Positions 9,483 through 19,572 of a DNA stretch of 64,000 nt are shown here, one piece after another. The position numbers and the translations under genes were made by a program. The notes below the pieces were generated by a model. That model did no database searches and had not been told where the DNA came from. It saw nothing but the letters and a program-made list of their open reading frames with translations. Every line of letters begins with the position of its first letter. The first letter of the stretch is position 1. Source of the DNA: an uncultured Solirubrobacteraceae bacterium (GTDB lineage: Bacteria; Actinomycetota; Thermoleophilia; Solirubrobacterales; Solirubrobacteraceae); assembly GCA_964588985.1 (NCBI GenBank), contig CAZPQW010000001.1, positions 1 through 64,000 of the forward strand. Reading direction: 5' to 3'.

Positions 9483-10226
9483 ATGTCCACCCAGGAAGGC
9501 GGGATGTACGTAGTCGACTCAGATCCGACGAGCCGTACGCCTGGACAGTACGCGCGCGCGGCTGTGCAGCGTCTGCGCATGCGCACGCTCGTGTGGCTCG
9601 GCGTTCTCGCGGTCGCCACGGCCGCGCTCGGCAGGGGATTTGGCCTGCACGACGCACGCTTCATCGCCGCTGAGCTCGTGCTGCTGGCGAGCATGTTCGT
9701 GATCTCGCGCTACGTCCTGCCGCTCGTCGAGCGCCGCGACCGCGGCGCGCGGGGCGAGGAGCACGTCGGCGAGCTGCTCGACGGCTTGGCGGAGGAGTCC
9801 TGGCGGGTGATCCACGACGCGAGCCTCGGGCACGGCAACGTCGACCACATCGCGATCGGCCCCGCGGGCATATTCACCGTCGAGACCAAGAGTCACCCCG
9901 GACCGGTACACGTGCGGCGCATGCACGGCGCGATCATCGCGCAGGCGCAGGCGCAGGCGAAGGCGATGGCGCGGGTGACGGGCCTTGAGGTCCAGCCGCT
10001 CGTCGTGTTCAGTCGCGCGTGGGTCGACCGGCCGATGGCGCGCAGGAAGGGAGTGCGCGTGGTGCCCGCGAGGATGCTGCTCGGCTTCCTCGCCAAGCAG
10101 CCCACGACGCTCACGCGCGGCCAGGTGGAGAGCGCGCACGAGCAGGTCGCACGGGCGCTACAGGAGCATCAGGCCAAAGAGCGCGCCGCACGCGAGCGCT
10201 GGCGTCCGCTGCGCAGCCAGCTGTAG
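9483..10226 (+). CDS. Membrane-anchored NERD (nuclease-related domain) protein
   Basis: Two N-terminal TM segments; GARGEEHV, IHD..NVDHIAIGPAGIFTVETK. Confidence 0.85.
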   Translation: MSTQEGGMYVVDSDPTSRTPGQYARAAVQRLRMRTLVWLGVLAVATAALGRGFGLHDARFIAAELVLLASMFVISRYVLPLVERRDRGARGEEHVGELLDGLAEESWRVIHDASLGHGNVDHIAIGPAGIFTVETKSHPGPVHVRRMHGAIIAQAQAQAKAMARVTGLEVQPLVVFSRAWVDRPMARRKGVRVVPARMLLGFLAKQPTTLTRGQVESAHEQVARALQEHQAKERAARERWRPLRSQL

Positions 10227-10281
10227 CTTCTCGTCACGCCGCCGCGGAGTATCGCCCGCGTCGAGGGGTAGCTTCTCTGGG

Positions 10282-12093
10282 ATGGAGATGAGCACTCTGC
10301 TGACGACGGAGACGCACGACGCGCCGATGCCCACGCCCGAGGAGCTGCTGGCGCGGTTCGGGCTGGACGCGTTCAGGCCGGGGCAGCGCGAGGCGGTGCA
10401 GGCGGCGCTCGACGGGCGTGACAGCCTCGTGGTGATGCCCACCGGCGGCGGCAAGTCGCTCTGCTACCAGCTCCCCGCTCTCGCAGACCGTGGTTTGGTC
10501 GTCGTCGTGAGCCCGCTGATCGCGCTGATGGCAGACCAGCTGCGCAGGCTCAGCGAGGCCGGCGTGCGGGCGTGCATGCTCGCGTCGGGGATGGAGGACG
10601 GCCACAACGCGCGCGCGCTGCGAGAGATCGCCGACGGCGAGACGCAGCTGGTGCTCGCCGCGCCCGAGCGGTTCGCCTCGGGGGCTTTCAGGGAGGCGCT
10701 GCGCGCACGACGGGTCGATCTGTTCGTCGTCGACGAGGCACACTGCGTGGCCGAGTGGGGGCACGACTTCAGGCCCGACTACCTGCGCCTGCACGACGCG
10801 ATCGCGTCGCTAAACGGCGGCGGTCCGGATGCGCGACCGGCGGTCATGGCGGCGACCGCCACGGCGACGCCGCGGGTGGCGGAGGAGATCGCCGCGCGAC
10901 TCGGGCTGCACGACTGGGTGTCGGTGCGCTCCGGCTTCGACCGCCCGAACCTCACGTTCGACGTCGCGAGCGTCGAGGGCAAGGGCGCGGTGGCGCGCAA
11001 GCGCGCAGCGCTCATGCACGTCCTCGGCGACGCGGATGCGCGGCCGGCGATCGTGTACTGCGGCACGCGCAAGGACACCGAGCAGGTACGGGACCTGATC
11101 GCGCAGGCGGGGATCGCGACCGTCACCTACCACGCGGGCATGACCCCCGACGCACGGCGCGATAGCCAGGCGAGGTTCATGGACGGGCGTGCGGAGGTTG
11201 TCGTCGCGACGAACGCGTTCGGCATGGGCGTCGACAAGGCGGGCGTGCGCACGGTCGCCCACTGGGCGCTGCCGACGAGCCTCGAGGCCTACTACCAGGA
11301 GGCGGGCAGGGGCGGGCGCGACGGCGAGCCAGCGCGAGCGCTGCTGCTGGCCTCGCGCATGGACCTCGGGCGGCTGATCAGGTTCATCAAAGAGCGCGAG
11401 ATGAACGTCGAGGACGTCAAGCGCTATGTCGCGTCGCTTCGCCGCGACGCACACGAAGACGAGCTCACGATCGGCCACGGCGAGCTCGGCGAGCGCGAGC
11501 GGGTGCTGCTGTCGATCGCCGAGCGCGCCGGCGCGGTGAAGCTGAGCCCCGGCGGGCACGACGGGCTGCACGTGCAGCTCACCGGCAAAGGCAGCCCGCG
11601 CGCCGCACAGGGGGCGATCCAGGGTGCGCGCAACCGCAGCTGGGACTCCTACCGCTCGATCGAGCGCTACGCGGCCGACGGGGAGCTGTGCAGGCGCAGG
11701 CAGATCCTCGACCACTTCGGCGACCCGGAGCCGGGCCGTCCGACGGGGCGCTGCTGCGACGTGTGCGACCCCGACGAGGCGCTCGCGCAGGCGATGGTGC
11801 AGGTGTCCACGAAGGCGCCGCGCGGCGGGAGTCGCGGCGGGGGCGGGGGTCGCTCGCGTCCGGTGGACGAAGGCCCGCCGGTGGACGAGCGCGAGTTCGA
11901 CCAGCTGCGCGCCTGGCGGCTCGAGCGCTCGGAGGGCAAGCCCGCGTACACGGTCGCAACTGACGCGGTGCTGCGCGAGGTGCTGCGCAAACGCCCGCGC
12001 GCGCACGGCGAGCTGATCGAGATCAAGGGGATCGGCGCGGCGTTCTGCGAGAAGCACGGCGACTCGCTGCTCGCGACGCTGGCGGAGCTGTAG
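10282..12093 (+). CDS. recQ: RecQ-family ATP-dependent DNA helicase with HRDC domain
   Basis: MPTGGGKSLCYQLP, VDEAHC..WGHDFRPDY, ATNAFGMGVDK, CRR..CCDVC Zn site, C-terminal KPAYTV..IKGIG. Confidence 0.92.
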   Translation: MEMSTLLTTETHDAPMPTPEELLARFGLDAFRPGQREAVQAALDGRDSLVVMPTGGGKSLCYQLPALADRGLVVVVSPLIALMADQLRRLSEAGVRACMLASGMEDGHNARALREIADGETQLVLAAPERFASGAFREALRARRVDLFVVDEAHCVAEWGHDFRPDYLRLHDAIASLNGGGPDARPAVMAATATATPRVAEEIAARLGLHDWVSVRSGFDRPNLTFDVASVEGKGAVARKRAALMHVLGDADARPAIVYCGTRKDTEQVRDLIAQAGIATVTYHAGMTPDARRDSQARFMDGRAEVVVATNAFGMGVDKAGVRTVAHWALPTSLEAYYQEAGRGGRDGEPARALLLASRMDLGRLIRFIKEREMNVEDVKRYVASLRRDAHEDELTIGHGELGERERVLLSIAERAGAVKLSPGGHDGLHVQLTGKGSPRAAQGAIQGARNRSWDSYRSIERYAADGELCRRRQILDHFGDPEPGRPTGRCCDVCDPDEALAQAMVQVSTKAPRGGSRGGGGGRSRPVDEGPPVDEREFDQLRAWRLERSEGKPAYTVATDAVLREVLRKRPRAHGELIEIKGIGAAFCEKHGDSLLATLAEL

Positions 12094-12118
12094 GCGCGGC
12101 GCTAGCATCCATGGCCGC

Positions 12119-12191
12119 GCCGACGTAGCTCAGCTGGTAGAGCACTTCACTCGTAATGAAGGGGTCCGGGGTTCGAGTCCCCGCGTCGGCT
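12119..12191 (+). tRNA. tRNA-Thr(CGT)
   Basis: Acceptor stem GCCGACG/CGTCGGC, D arm AGCTCAGCTGGTAGAGC, anticodon arm CTTCA-CTCGTAA-TGAAG, T loop GTTCGAG; CCA not encoded. Confidence 0.97.
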
Positions 12192-12192
12192 T
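12150..12192 (+). repeat. attL core (43 bp, 3' half of tRNA-Thr)
   Basis: CTCGTAATGAAGGGGTCCGGGGTTCGAGTCCCCGCGTCGGCTT, identical to 40544-40586. Confidence 0.95.
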
Positions 12193-12274
12193 CGAGAAAA
12201 AGTGGTCGTTTGCAGGCACGTTCTCAGTTTAGCGCTCGGGCAAGCGCGGGCAAGTCAGGGCAAAAAGTCTCGCG

Positions 12275-12298
12275 ATCTGCGGTGCGGTTGCGGTGCCG
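12275..12298 (+). repeat. Putative integrase arm-type site, left
   Basis: ATCTGCGGTGCGGTTGCGGTGCCG, 23/24 identical to 40458-40481; tandem TGCGGTGC units. Confidence 0.7.
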
Positions 12299-12457
12299 AA
12301 ACGCCGCGTCCCTTAGATCACGTCGCGCCCGGGTCCTGGCTACCCTTGAGAGATGCGGCGAAGCTCGGGCGCTGGCGGACCGCTCGCCGATATCCCTACC
12401 GGCGCTTCGACGAAGCGCTCGAGCACATCGACGGTCGAGCTTCGATTGGGCCGTCGA

Positions 12458-12925
12458 ATGGCGCTCATGATCGGTCTGGTGTGTGCATTGCCGCTCGCCG
12501 GCTGCGGCGGATCGAAACCCAGAGCAGATCCGATCCAAGAGGCGCGGGTCATCTCAGAAGCGAATGCGTTCTGCCGGCACGTCAATTCCTTGCCGCCAGT
12601 TTCCCGCCGCTCCCAGCAGCAGATCATGTCCATTCAGGCTCGCTTTGCGGCCCTTGCGAGAGAGATCAGCAAGACGGCTGCGTACCTGCCCGCGGGCAAG
12701 GATCTCAACGAGGAGCATGCCGCTCGACGAGCGCTCATGTCCGGAGCAGGCAAACGCTCACCTGCTGAGCTTGCCCTCTCGACCTCCCCAGCTTTCAACA
12801 AGCGTGTGGATCGTCTACAGCTACGGATCTATAACGACGAGCTCGCGCTCGGTCTGAAGTGCGCCGGGCGTGTTGCAGCAGAGGCCCGCGAGATGGCGCA
12901 CGTCATCGCCACATCCCCGAATTAG
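12458..12925 (+). CDS. Hypothetical lipoprotein
   Basis: Hydrophobic stretch and LAGC lipobox; start uncertain. Confidence 0.65.
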   Translation: MALMIGLVCALPLAGCGGSKPRADPIQEARVISEANAFCRHVNSLPPVSRRSQQQIMSIQARFAALAREISKTAAYLPAGKDLNEEHAARRALMSGAGKRSPAELALSTSPAFNKRVDRLQLRIYNDELALGLKCAGRVAAEAREMAHVIATSPN

Positions 12926-12978
12926 AAGCACGCGGCGGATCACAAGAGCAAGATTCACTTGACGATCACGACCCCCGA

Positions 12979-14376
12979 CTACGGTGCGGGGTTGGTCCGG
13001 TGTATCTGTACGGTGGTGGCGCCTGGTGTGAGGGTGCGTGCGTTCACGACGCTGTTGCCCGCCCTGCCTTCTTCGATCCAGACCAGATCGGCGGTGCCCT
13101 TGTCGTCGATGGTCAGAACTGGGCCGTCGCCGGAATAGATCTGAAAGGGCGGTGTGGTCGCTCGTGCTGGCTGGTGGTGTCCACGGGTGTCCCCGAGAAC
13201 GGTGGTGAGGTTACTAACGCCTGCCGTCCATCCGAGGACCGTTTGCCCATTGGCGTTGCCGGCGATCGTGATTGCGTCTGGCTTGGGGCCGCCGAGGCGA
13301 TCTCGGCGTTCGGTGCGGCCGCTCGAGGATAGGAAGATCTCTTCTATGTGAGAGTTGCGCAACGAGACGATGACCGCACGGCCAGCGCTATCCACCGTCG
13401 CCACGCCATTGGGGAGATCTAGGAAGCCGTGGGCGAACGCCTTCGGTCGGCCCAGGCGTCCGTCGGCCCTTCGATGCACCAGCATATTCGCTCCCGCGAA
13501 TTCCTGGCGTGTCCACTTACCTTCCCAAATCCAGTTCGTTGCGTAAGCGATGAAGGCGTCGCCGCGAGGCCCTACGCCGACGACTGGCACACCGAGACCC
13601 TCCGTGAACCGCCGCTCGCCCAACGACCGCCGCGAGCGCCTCGCGATGACTCGCGGGCGACCAAAGCCCCCAGAATCAGCAGCCGTGACGACCGCGATCG
13701 CTGACTCTCCTTCGGCGTCCCCCCTGCCGGGGTAGTACCCAACGATCAGGGCGCGCCCCGCTTCATCGAGTCCCATCCCCGCGACGTGGAATTCGGCGCC
13801 GAAGAAGGTGACTCTTGCGAGTCGGCCTCCCGTGGCCCAGGCCAGATATGTGCCGCGGTAGGTCTCCCACGCGACCAGCGCGACGCCGTGGCGATTTCCC
13901 GAGATCAGGACTGCTTCGGATTCACCGTGGCGTGTCGGTAGCTCGAGTGGGCCCTCGAACCCCCTGTTCGCGGGGCGAAACGAGAGCCAGGAGCCAGACG
14001 CCTCGTAGGAGGGGCCGTACTTGTCCTCGGGCGCGAGTTCGGCGTGCATTCCTACGACCCATGCATCACCGGCGTCATCGACATGGACACCGACCGGGAA
14101 CGACAGGCCTCCGCCGCTGGGAACGATCCCGAGAGGAGTAAAGCCTGTCGCCGGTGAGCCGATCGCAGCTTCCGAGACCGCGTGATTGCAGAGGCGGCCT
14201 TCAGACGGGTCTTCGGTCTGCCCCCATGCCACCAGCAGATCTCCCGCGCCATTCGAGGCCGCAGTCAGGCTCGAGGAGCCATTCCCGCAGAATTCCTGCG
14301 AGAAGCCGAGACCGCTGGCCGGGGTGGCCACGACCAGCGACATCACGACAGTGAAAACACAAGCCGCCCTGCTCAT
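12979..14376 (-). CDS. Hypothetical secreted beta-propeller-like protein
   Basis: Signal peptide; repeated NxxGxxxVAW-type blades; start uncertain. Confidence 0.7.
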   Translation of the reverse strand: MSRAACVFTVVMSLVVATPASGLGFSQEFCGNGSSSLTAASNGAGDLLVAWGQTEDPSEGRLCNHAVSEAAIGSPATGFTPLGIVPSGGGLSFPVGVHVDDAGDAWVVGMHAELAPEDKYGPSYEASGSWLSFRPANRGFEGPLELPTRHGESEAVLISGNRHGVALVAWETYRGTYLAWATGGRLARVTFFGAEFHVAGMGLDEAGRALIVGYYPGRGDAEGESAIAVVTAADSGGFGRPRVIARRSRRSLGERRFTEGLGVPVVGVGPRGDAFIAYATNWIWEGKWTRQEFAGANMLVHRRADGRLGRPKAFAHGFLDLPNGVATVDSAGRAVIVSLRNSHIEEIFLSSSGRTERRDRLGGPKPDAITIAGNANGQTVLGWTAGVSNLTTVLGDTRGHHQPARATTPPFQIYSGDGPVLTIDDKGTADLVWIEEGRAGNSVVNARTLTPGATTVQIHRTNPAP

Positions 14377-14562
14377 CGTCTTATTCAACACGCATAGTCC
14401 TAGATCGGATCGGCCGGCTGGGCAGGCGACACGGGTTATAAGCCGTCGGTCGCTGGAGAGCGCCACCGGACGAATACCGATACCGTATGTCGGACTTTGG
14501 TTGCTTGCGAGACATGCAGCAGCGCTGCGAGCGTGACCTTGTGCCGCTCGGGGCGTCTTCGG

Positions 14563-16041
14563 ATGACCGCTAGTGCCCCTCGCTGGCGCAGCACAATCGG
14601 CGTCCTGGTGCTGGGCATTCTGCTCGCCTGTCCCGCGGGGGCTACCGCTGCGCTCCTCAGTGCTGCACAGATCTACAGCGGCGGCGTGTATGACATCTCA
14701 TGTCCGTCGACGACTCAGTGCACCGTCACCGCGGGCGCCCTCGGCGAGCCAAATCCGGGGCAGGAGGTGACATTCGACCCGCTTTCTCCGGGACCTCCAT
14801 CGCCTGTGACCATTCAAGCAGGCAACGATTTGTTCAGCCTTGCATGTCCATCTGTGAGCCAGTGCACAGCCGGCGACATCGGCGGTCAGGAGCTGACTTT
14901 CGACCCCAGCAGCCCAGGTGCCCCAACGCCGGTGACGATCGAAACGGGCCTAACGTACAGCATGGCCTGTCCAGCTGAAAACCAATGCACCGCAACCGGC
15001 TATTCCGGCGTGCCAGCAACCACCTTTAGCCCAAAAGAACCGAAAGCAGCAACACACTTCACGCTGGGCACCGAAGGTGAAGCCGTGTTCACGCTTGCTT
15101 GCCCGTCAGTGTCCGAGTGCGCTGGCGTTTCGAGCAAGGGCACCGAGGTGACGTTCGACCCTCAAAGCCCCGGAGTTTCGGTGCCCACCGCAAGCCTGGC
15201 TCCTGGTGCTGAACTACACAGCATTGCCTGCCCCTCTGTTAACCAGTGCACGACTCTTGCGCATGGGGCGGCGATGACATTCGACCCAAACCCGCCCGGC
15301 ACGCCTTCAACCATCGCCGTCGGTGGCTGGGGCGAACTTCGAAGCATTGCGTGCCCTTCGTCTGAACAGTGCACGGCGGGCGCGAGCGGGGGTATGGAGG
15401 TGACGTTCAATCCGCTCGCCCCTGGCTCTCCGACCCCAATCTACATTGACGTCGGAGTCACGAACCTCGGCCAGAACATCAACCACATGGCTTGTCCGTC
15501 CACGAGCCAGTGCACCGCCGTAGATGAAGCAGGCCGCGAGCTCACGTTCAACCCAAACACTCAGTCCGCGCCACCTTCTCCGGTCACGCCCATCGCCACG
15601 CAAACGACTGTCACCGCGGCGCAAGTCTCTGCTCTCCTCGCTCGGCAGCTACGTCCTACGGGACGCAGGGCGAACATCGCTGCGCTGCTTCGAAGCGGCG
15701 GATACTCATTCGGTTTCGAGGCGCTCGAGGCCGGTACCGCATCGTTCTACTGGTACTACCTACCCCGTGGTGCGACCCTCGCCGGGCGCAGGGTACCCGA
15801 GCCTGTGATAGTGGCCAAAGCTCATCTGGCATGCCCCGGTGCTGGGACGATCGATGGGCGGATCACGCTAACCCGCGCAGGACGACGGCTCCTGCGACAC
15901 GCAAAACGACTGAAGCTGATCGCGAAGGTCATCTTCAACCCTGTGGGACAAGCCCCGATCACTGCAACCAAGGCCATCGAAGTCCGTCGTCCTGATCCTC
16001 CACGAGGCCAAGCACGTCTGCCTCGATCGTCGCACGCCTGA
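14563..16041 (+). CDS. Secreted protein with seven Cys-containing repeats and a basic C-terminal domain
   Basis: 7x (S/A)CPxxx(Q/E)C..TFxP units after a signal peptide. Confidence 0.8.
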   Translation: MTASAPRWRSTIGVLVLGILLACPAGATAALLSAAQIYSGGVYDISCPSTTQCTVTAGALGEPNPGQEVTFDPLSPGPPSPVTIQAGNDLFSLACPSVSQCTAGDIGGQELTFDPSSPGAPTPVTIETGLTYSMACPAENQCTATGYSGVPATTFSPKEPKAATHFTLGTEGEAVFTLACPSVSECAGVSSKGTEVTFDPQSPGVSVPTASLAPGAELHSIACPSVNQCTTLAHGAAMTFDPNPPGTPSTIAVGGWGELRSIACPSSEQCTAGASGGMEVTFNPLAPGSPTPIYIDVGVTNLGQNINHMACPSTSQCTAVDEAGRELTFNPNTQSAPPSPVTPIATQTTVTAAQVSALLARQLRPTGRRANIAALLRSGGYSFGFEALEAGTASFYWYYLPRGATLAGRRVPEPVIVAKAHLACPGAGTIDGRITLTRAGRRLLRHAKRLKLIAKVIFNPVGQAPITATKAIEVRRPDPPRGQARLPRSSHA

Positions 16042-16140
16042 CGGGTCCGAGCGGCCCAGATCGAGCTCGTCACCTGCAAAGCGGTCGCTAGAGGCGCGGG
16101 TAGGCACAAGAAGTCCGTCCAGGACTGCTAGTGATGCGGG

Positions 16141-17001
16141 TTATGCCGTATCTTGGCGAGGTTGCGCTGAGTGAATTCTAAGTTTCGCGCGCTGCTTGGC
16201 GGTGAGCAGGTACTCGCGCCAGTGTGGTACGACGACACGGCCGGCTCTTTGGCCGTAGCCGTCTCGTTCGATTTGGCGCAGGATCTCTCGGTAGAGGATG
16301 GCGCAGAGTTTCATGCCGCGTTGGCCGCGGGCGAGTAGTGAGGTGGCGTTGGCTGCTTGTTCGTAGAGGTGATCGGCGCGGGCTATTTGCTCGCGGATGA
16401 GCTCAGCGCGTGCGCCTGGTGTTGGGGGTCCGAATCTCTCGATCGTGGTGCGGGCGATGTAGATTCGGCCGTGGGCGAGGTCGTCGTCGATGTCGCGGAT
16501 GATGTTGGTGCGCTGTACGGCTCGGCCTAGCGTGGCCATCTGTGTCGCTGCGTCGGGTCGAGTTGTTCCTAGGATGTGCGCGAGCATGATTCCTACGGTC
16601 CCGCCGGCTTGCTGACAGTAGAGTTCGAGGTCATCTTCTGTGTAGATGACCGCGCGTTCGATGTCGTGCCTCATGCCCTGACAGAAGTCGAGGAATGCCT
16701 GCGCGGGAAGCGGGTAGCGCTTTGAGAGATCAGTCAGCGTGTGGCTCTCGGGTGTGTCGGCGTGCTCGTTGCGCGCCCAGCACTCGACGGCGTGTACTCG
16801 CTGCTCTGCGTCGGGTTGATCCTCGTCTACGAGGTCATCAAGGGTACGCAGCACGTGATACAGGCGGTAGATGTCTGACCTGACATCCTCGGGTAGTAGT
16901 CGCAAGCCTGGCGCTAGCGTGCTCGCGTCCGGCGCGGAGGAGCCGCGGCTTCCGCCGAGTCCTGTGGGTAGGGGCGCACTGGATGCGCTTTGCTCGCGCA
17001 C
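16141..17001 (-). CDS. Squalene/phytoene synthase family protein
   Basis: RTLDDLVDED, GMRHD, LELYC..AGGTVG, TNIIRDIDDDLAHGRIYI. Confidence 0.9.
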   Translation of the reverse strand: MREQSASSAPLPTGLGGSRGSSAPDASTLAPGLRLLPEDVRSDIYRLYHVLRTLDDLVDEDQPDAEQRVHAVECWARNEHADTPESHTLTDLSKRYPLPAQAFLDFCQGMRHDIERAVIYTEDDLELYCQQAGGTVGIMLAHILGTTRPDAATQMATLGRAVQRTNIIRDIDDDLAHGRIYIARTTIERFGPPTPGARAELIREQIARADHLYEQAANATSLLARGQRGMKLCAILYREILRQIERDGYGQRAGRVVVPHWREYLLTAKQRAKLRIHSAQPRQDTA

Positions 17002-17028
17002 GAAAACTCGTGCGCGAGAATAACCGCT

Positions 17029-19572
17029 TTACTCTGTAGAGAAGGCCGACTTCGGCTGAACTCCGACAGTGCGCAGAACAGCGATTGTTGCCGTCGCGGC
17101 GGAGATAGCGGCCGCGAGAGCGATCACGCGTATCCCGAGTTGCCACGCTGCGGCGAACTGGATGGGGGAGCCGGTGCTGCGTTGTAGCCAGCTGTCGACG
17201 AGGTATTGGCCCAGGATGCCGCTGGCCATGCCGATCAGGCATCCGCCGAGCAGTACGCATCCGCTCTCGTAGAACATGAGCCGTGCCAGCTGGCTGGTGT
17301 TCATCCCGATCGACATCAGTGCGTCCAGTCGTCCTCGTCGTTGCCATACGGCGGAGATCATCATCGCGATGACGGTCGCGATTGCCGCGATCAATACGGC
17401 GGCCGATGTCTCTGATAGGCGGGATAGTGTGCTGCCCAGTACGGCGCTGACCTGTGCTCGTCGTTCTTCGTCGGTTTGTACCGTCAGCGCGGAGCCTCTA
17501 GGTAGCGCCTGCTGCACAGCAAGTTTGCCCTGGGCGAGCGAGACCCCAGGCTTGAGTGTCACGGCTAGCTGCGTCGCGCTGCTGGTGTTCCACAGCGTGC
17601 CGTACTCGTTGGCGTTGATGATCACGGTGCCGGGTAGCCAGCCGTAGTTTGAGATCGTCGCGGCCAGCTTGAAGCTTGCCGAGCCAGACGGGGTTGGCAG
17701 GTCGAAGCGCTCGCCGAGATGCAGGTGATGTTCGCGTGCGATTGTCTGGCTGATGACGGCCCAGCCCCCTTCTCGAAGACGCTGTGCTGCTGTAGCCGTA
17801 GGGCCTTCAGTGATCTGGCTGGTGGCGATCGGGTTCGGTGTTTGCGGCGGGACGCCGATGACCCACACCCGGCGGTTGGGCAGATCCAAGAACGACTGCC
17901 GGTAGGCGAGCACGGACCCCACGACGCTGAGCCGTTGCAGTTGACGCTGAGTGTCGGCGGACGCGAAGGGCTGAGTGTCGTACACGTTGGAGGCGCCTCC
18001 TGTCCTGACCCAGAGGTCGCCGCTGGCGAGGGTGTCTGCCGCTCCGGCGCTGACCGCGCGTTTGACGTCAGCGACCGAGCCGCTGATCGTCACCATCAGG
18101 AACACCGCGATAGTGCCGGTGGCGACCAGCGCGACGGAACGGGATGGAGAGCTCCGAAGCTCAGCGGTCGATAGCCGTGCCGCGGGGTCGCTCGAGTGTC
18201 GAGATGCGGCGCGTGCGACGCGCAGGATGTAGCGCACGGCCAGGGGGATGCACAACACCAGTCCACCCACGAGCGCAACGAGTGCGAGTGCGCTGAGACG
18301 CGGACTCAACAACGCCAAGCACAGCGCAGCGAGAACGAGCATGCCCCCGGCGAGGAACCCCGCCACGTCTGCCCACCGCAGCTTGGCGGCAAGTGAGAGC
18401 CAGCGTCGTTCGCTGCCCGCGTCTGTTGCGCTGCTGCGCAGCACCCCGATGGCCGGCAGTGCCGCAGCGGCGAACGCCGCGAGCATCCCCGCGCCTAGCG
18501 CAATGAGAACGGTCTCGATGCCAACCACGCGCTGGTTGCCGATTGCAAACGCTGCCGCTAGATACCCTGGGACCGCGCGATAGGCGTAGAGCGAGATCAC
18601 GTCGCCAAGCAGCAGCCCCACGGCGCAGCCCGCGAGCCCCAGGATGAAGGCGTCAAACAGGAGCGATGCGACGATCGCCGCATCTGTGGTGCCTAGCTGT
18701 ATCAGGTAGCCAATGAACGCTCGTCTCTCTCCGCTTGCGAGCAGCAGAGCGTTATAGGCAAGGATCATCCCGACCAGCAGAGCGATCACGCTGAACAGCG
18801 CCGTCAGCTGCCCCTCCGGTCGCGCCGCATCCGACAGCAGCCTTCCTTCTGTGTCGACCGGACGAACGTTCAGCGAGCCACCGAAGCGCTGAGTAAGCGC
18901 CGCCCTGGCTTGCGCTTCTCCTCCGGGTTGAGGCACGACCAGGATTCGCGTGATCCGTCCGGGCATCTTCGAGATGATCTGGACCACCGGCAGCGGAGCC
19001 GCCGCGATAGGGCTTTCGGCCAGCGAGCCGATCTCCTCGCTCGGGATCGCCCCCGCGAGCGGGAGCCGCTCGGTGCGTCCGCCGATCTGAACCGACACCA
19101 CGCTGCCCGCGTGGGCGCCGATCGCGTCGGCTGTCGGTTCCGTGACGACTAGGAGCCCCCGTCGCGAAGCCGCGGCAAAGCTCGCGAAGCGCGAGATCAG
19201 CTTGCTGCCCAGGGCAACCAGTCGGTCATCCGCACCGACCAGTGTGAGCGCCCGCCGGCCCGTACGGCCGACCACGACAACCCGCTGCTCCAACATCGGG
19301 GCAGCCGACTGGACGCCAGCCGTCTGCGCGACCTGGCGAAAGATGCTCTCATTGACACCGTCAGGCCCCCGCGCGGCCACTTCGAGCGTTGCGCGGCCAG
19401 CGACACCGCGAACGATCTCTTCAAAGGAGCCCGTGACGCTGTGGTTAGCGATTTGGACGGTGAACAGAAGGGCTACGCCCGCGGCCACGCCCATTACTGC
19501 CATCAGCTCGCGCAGTGGCTGCACGCGCAAATGGCGCATGTAGAAGAGAAGCAGAGTTCTCGGCCTGATCAT
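17029..19572 (-). CDS. FtsX/MacB-like ABC transporter permease (duplicated architecture)
   Basis: 847 aa with two extracellular domains each followed by a TM bundle; ATGA overlap with upstream ATPase. Confidence 0.88.
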   Translation of the reverse strand: MIRPRTLLLFYMRHLRVQPLRELMAVMGVAAGVALLFTVQIANHSVTGSFEEIVRGVAGRATLEVAARGPDGVNESIFRQVAQTAGVQSAAPMLEQRVVVVGRTGRRALTLVGADDRLVALGSKLISRFASFAAASRRGLLVVTEPTADAIGAHAGSVVSVQIGGRTERLPLAGAIPSEEIGSLAESPIAAAPLPVVQIISKMPGRITRILVVPQPGGEAQARAALTQRFGGSLNVRPVDTEGRLLSDAARPEGQLTALFSVIALLVGMILAYNALLLASGERRAFIGYLIQLGTTDAAIVASLLFDAFILGLAGCAVGLLLGDVISLYAYRAVPGYLAAAFAIGNQRVVGIETVLIALGAGMLAAFAAAALPAIGVLRSSATDAGSERRWLSLAAKLRWADVAGFLAGGMLVLAALCLALLSPRLSALALVALVGGLVLCIPLAVRYILRVARAASRHSSDPAARLSTAELRSSPSRSVALVATGTIAVFLMVTISGSVADVKRAVSAGAADTLASGDLWVRTGGASNVYDTQPFASADTQRQLQRLSVVGSVLAYRQSFLDLPNRRVWVIGVPPQTPNPIATSQITEGPTATAAQRLREGGWAVISQTIAREHHLHLGERFDLPTPSGSASFKLAATISNYGWLPGTVIINANEYGTLWNTSSATQLAVTLKPGVSLAQGKLAVQQALPRGSALTVQTDEERRAQVSAVLGSTLSRLSETSAAVLIAAIATVIAMMISAVWQRRGRLDALMSIGMNTSQLARLMFYESGCVLLGGCLIGMASGILGQYLVDSWLQRSTGSPIQFAAAWQLGIRVIALAAAISAATATIAVLRTVGVQPKSAFSTE

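Noticed and set aside
16042-16130. Short frame reading QIELVTCKAV..HKKSVQDC after the Cys-repeat gene
   Set aside because: May be a remnant of another secreted-protein tail, but it has no start and is too short to support
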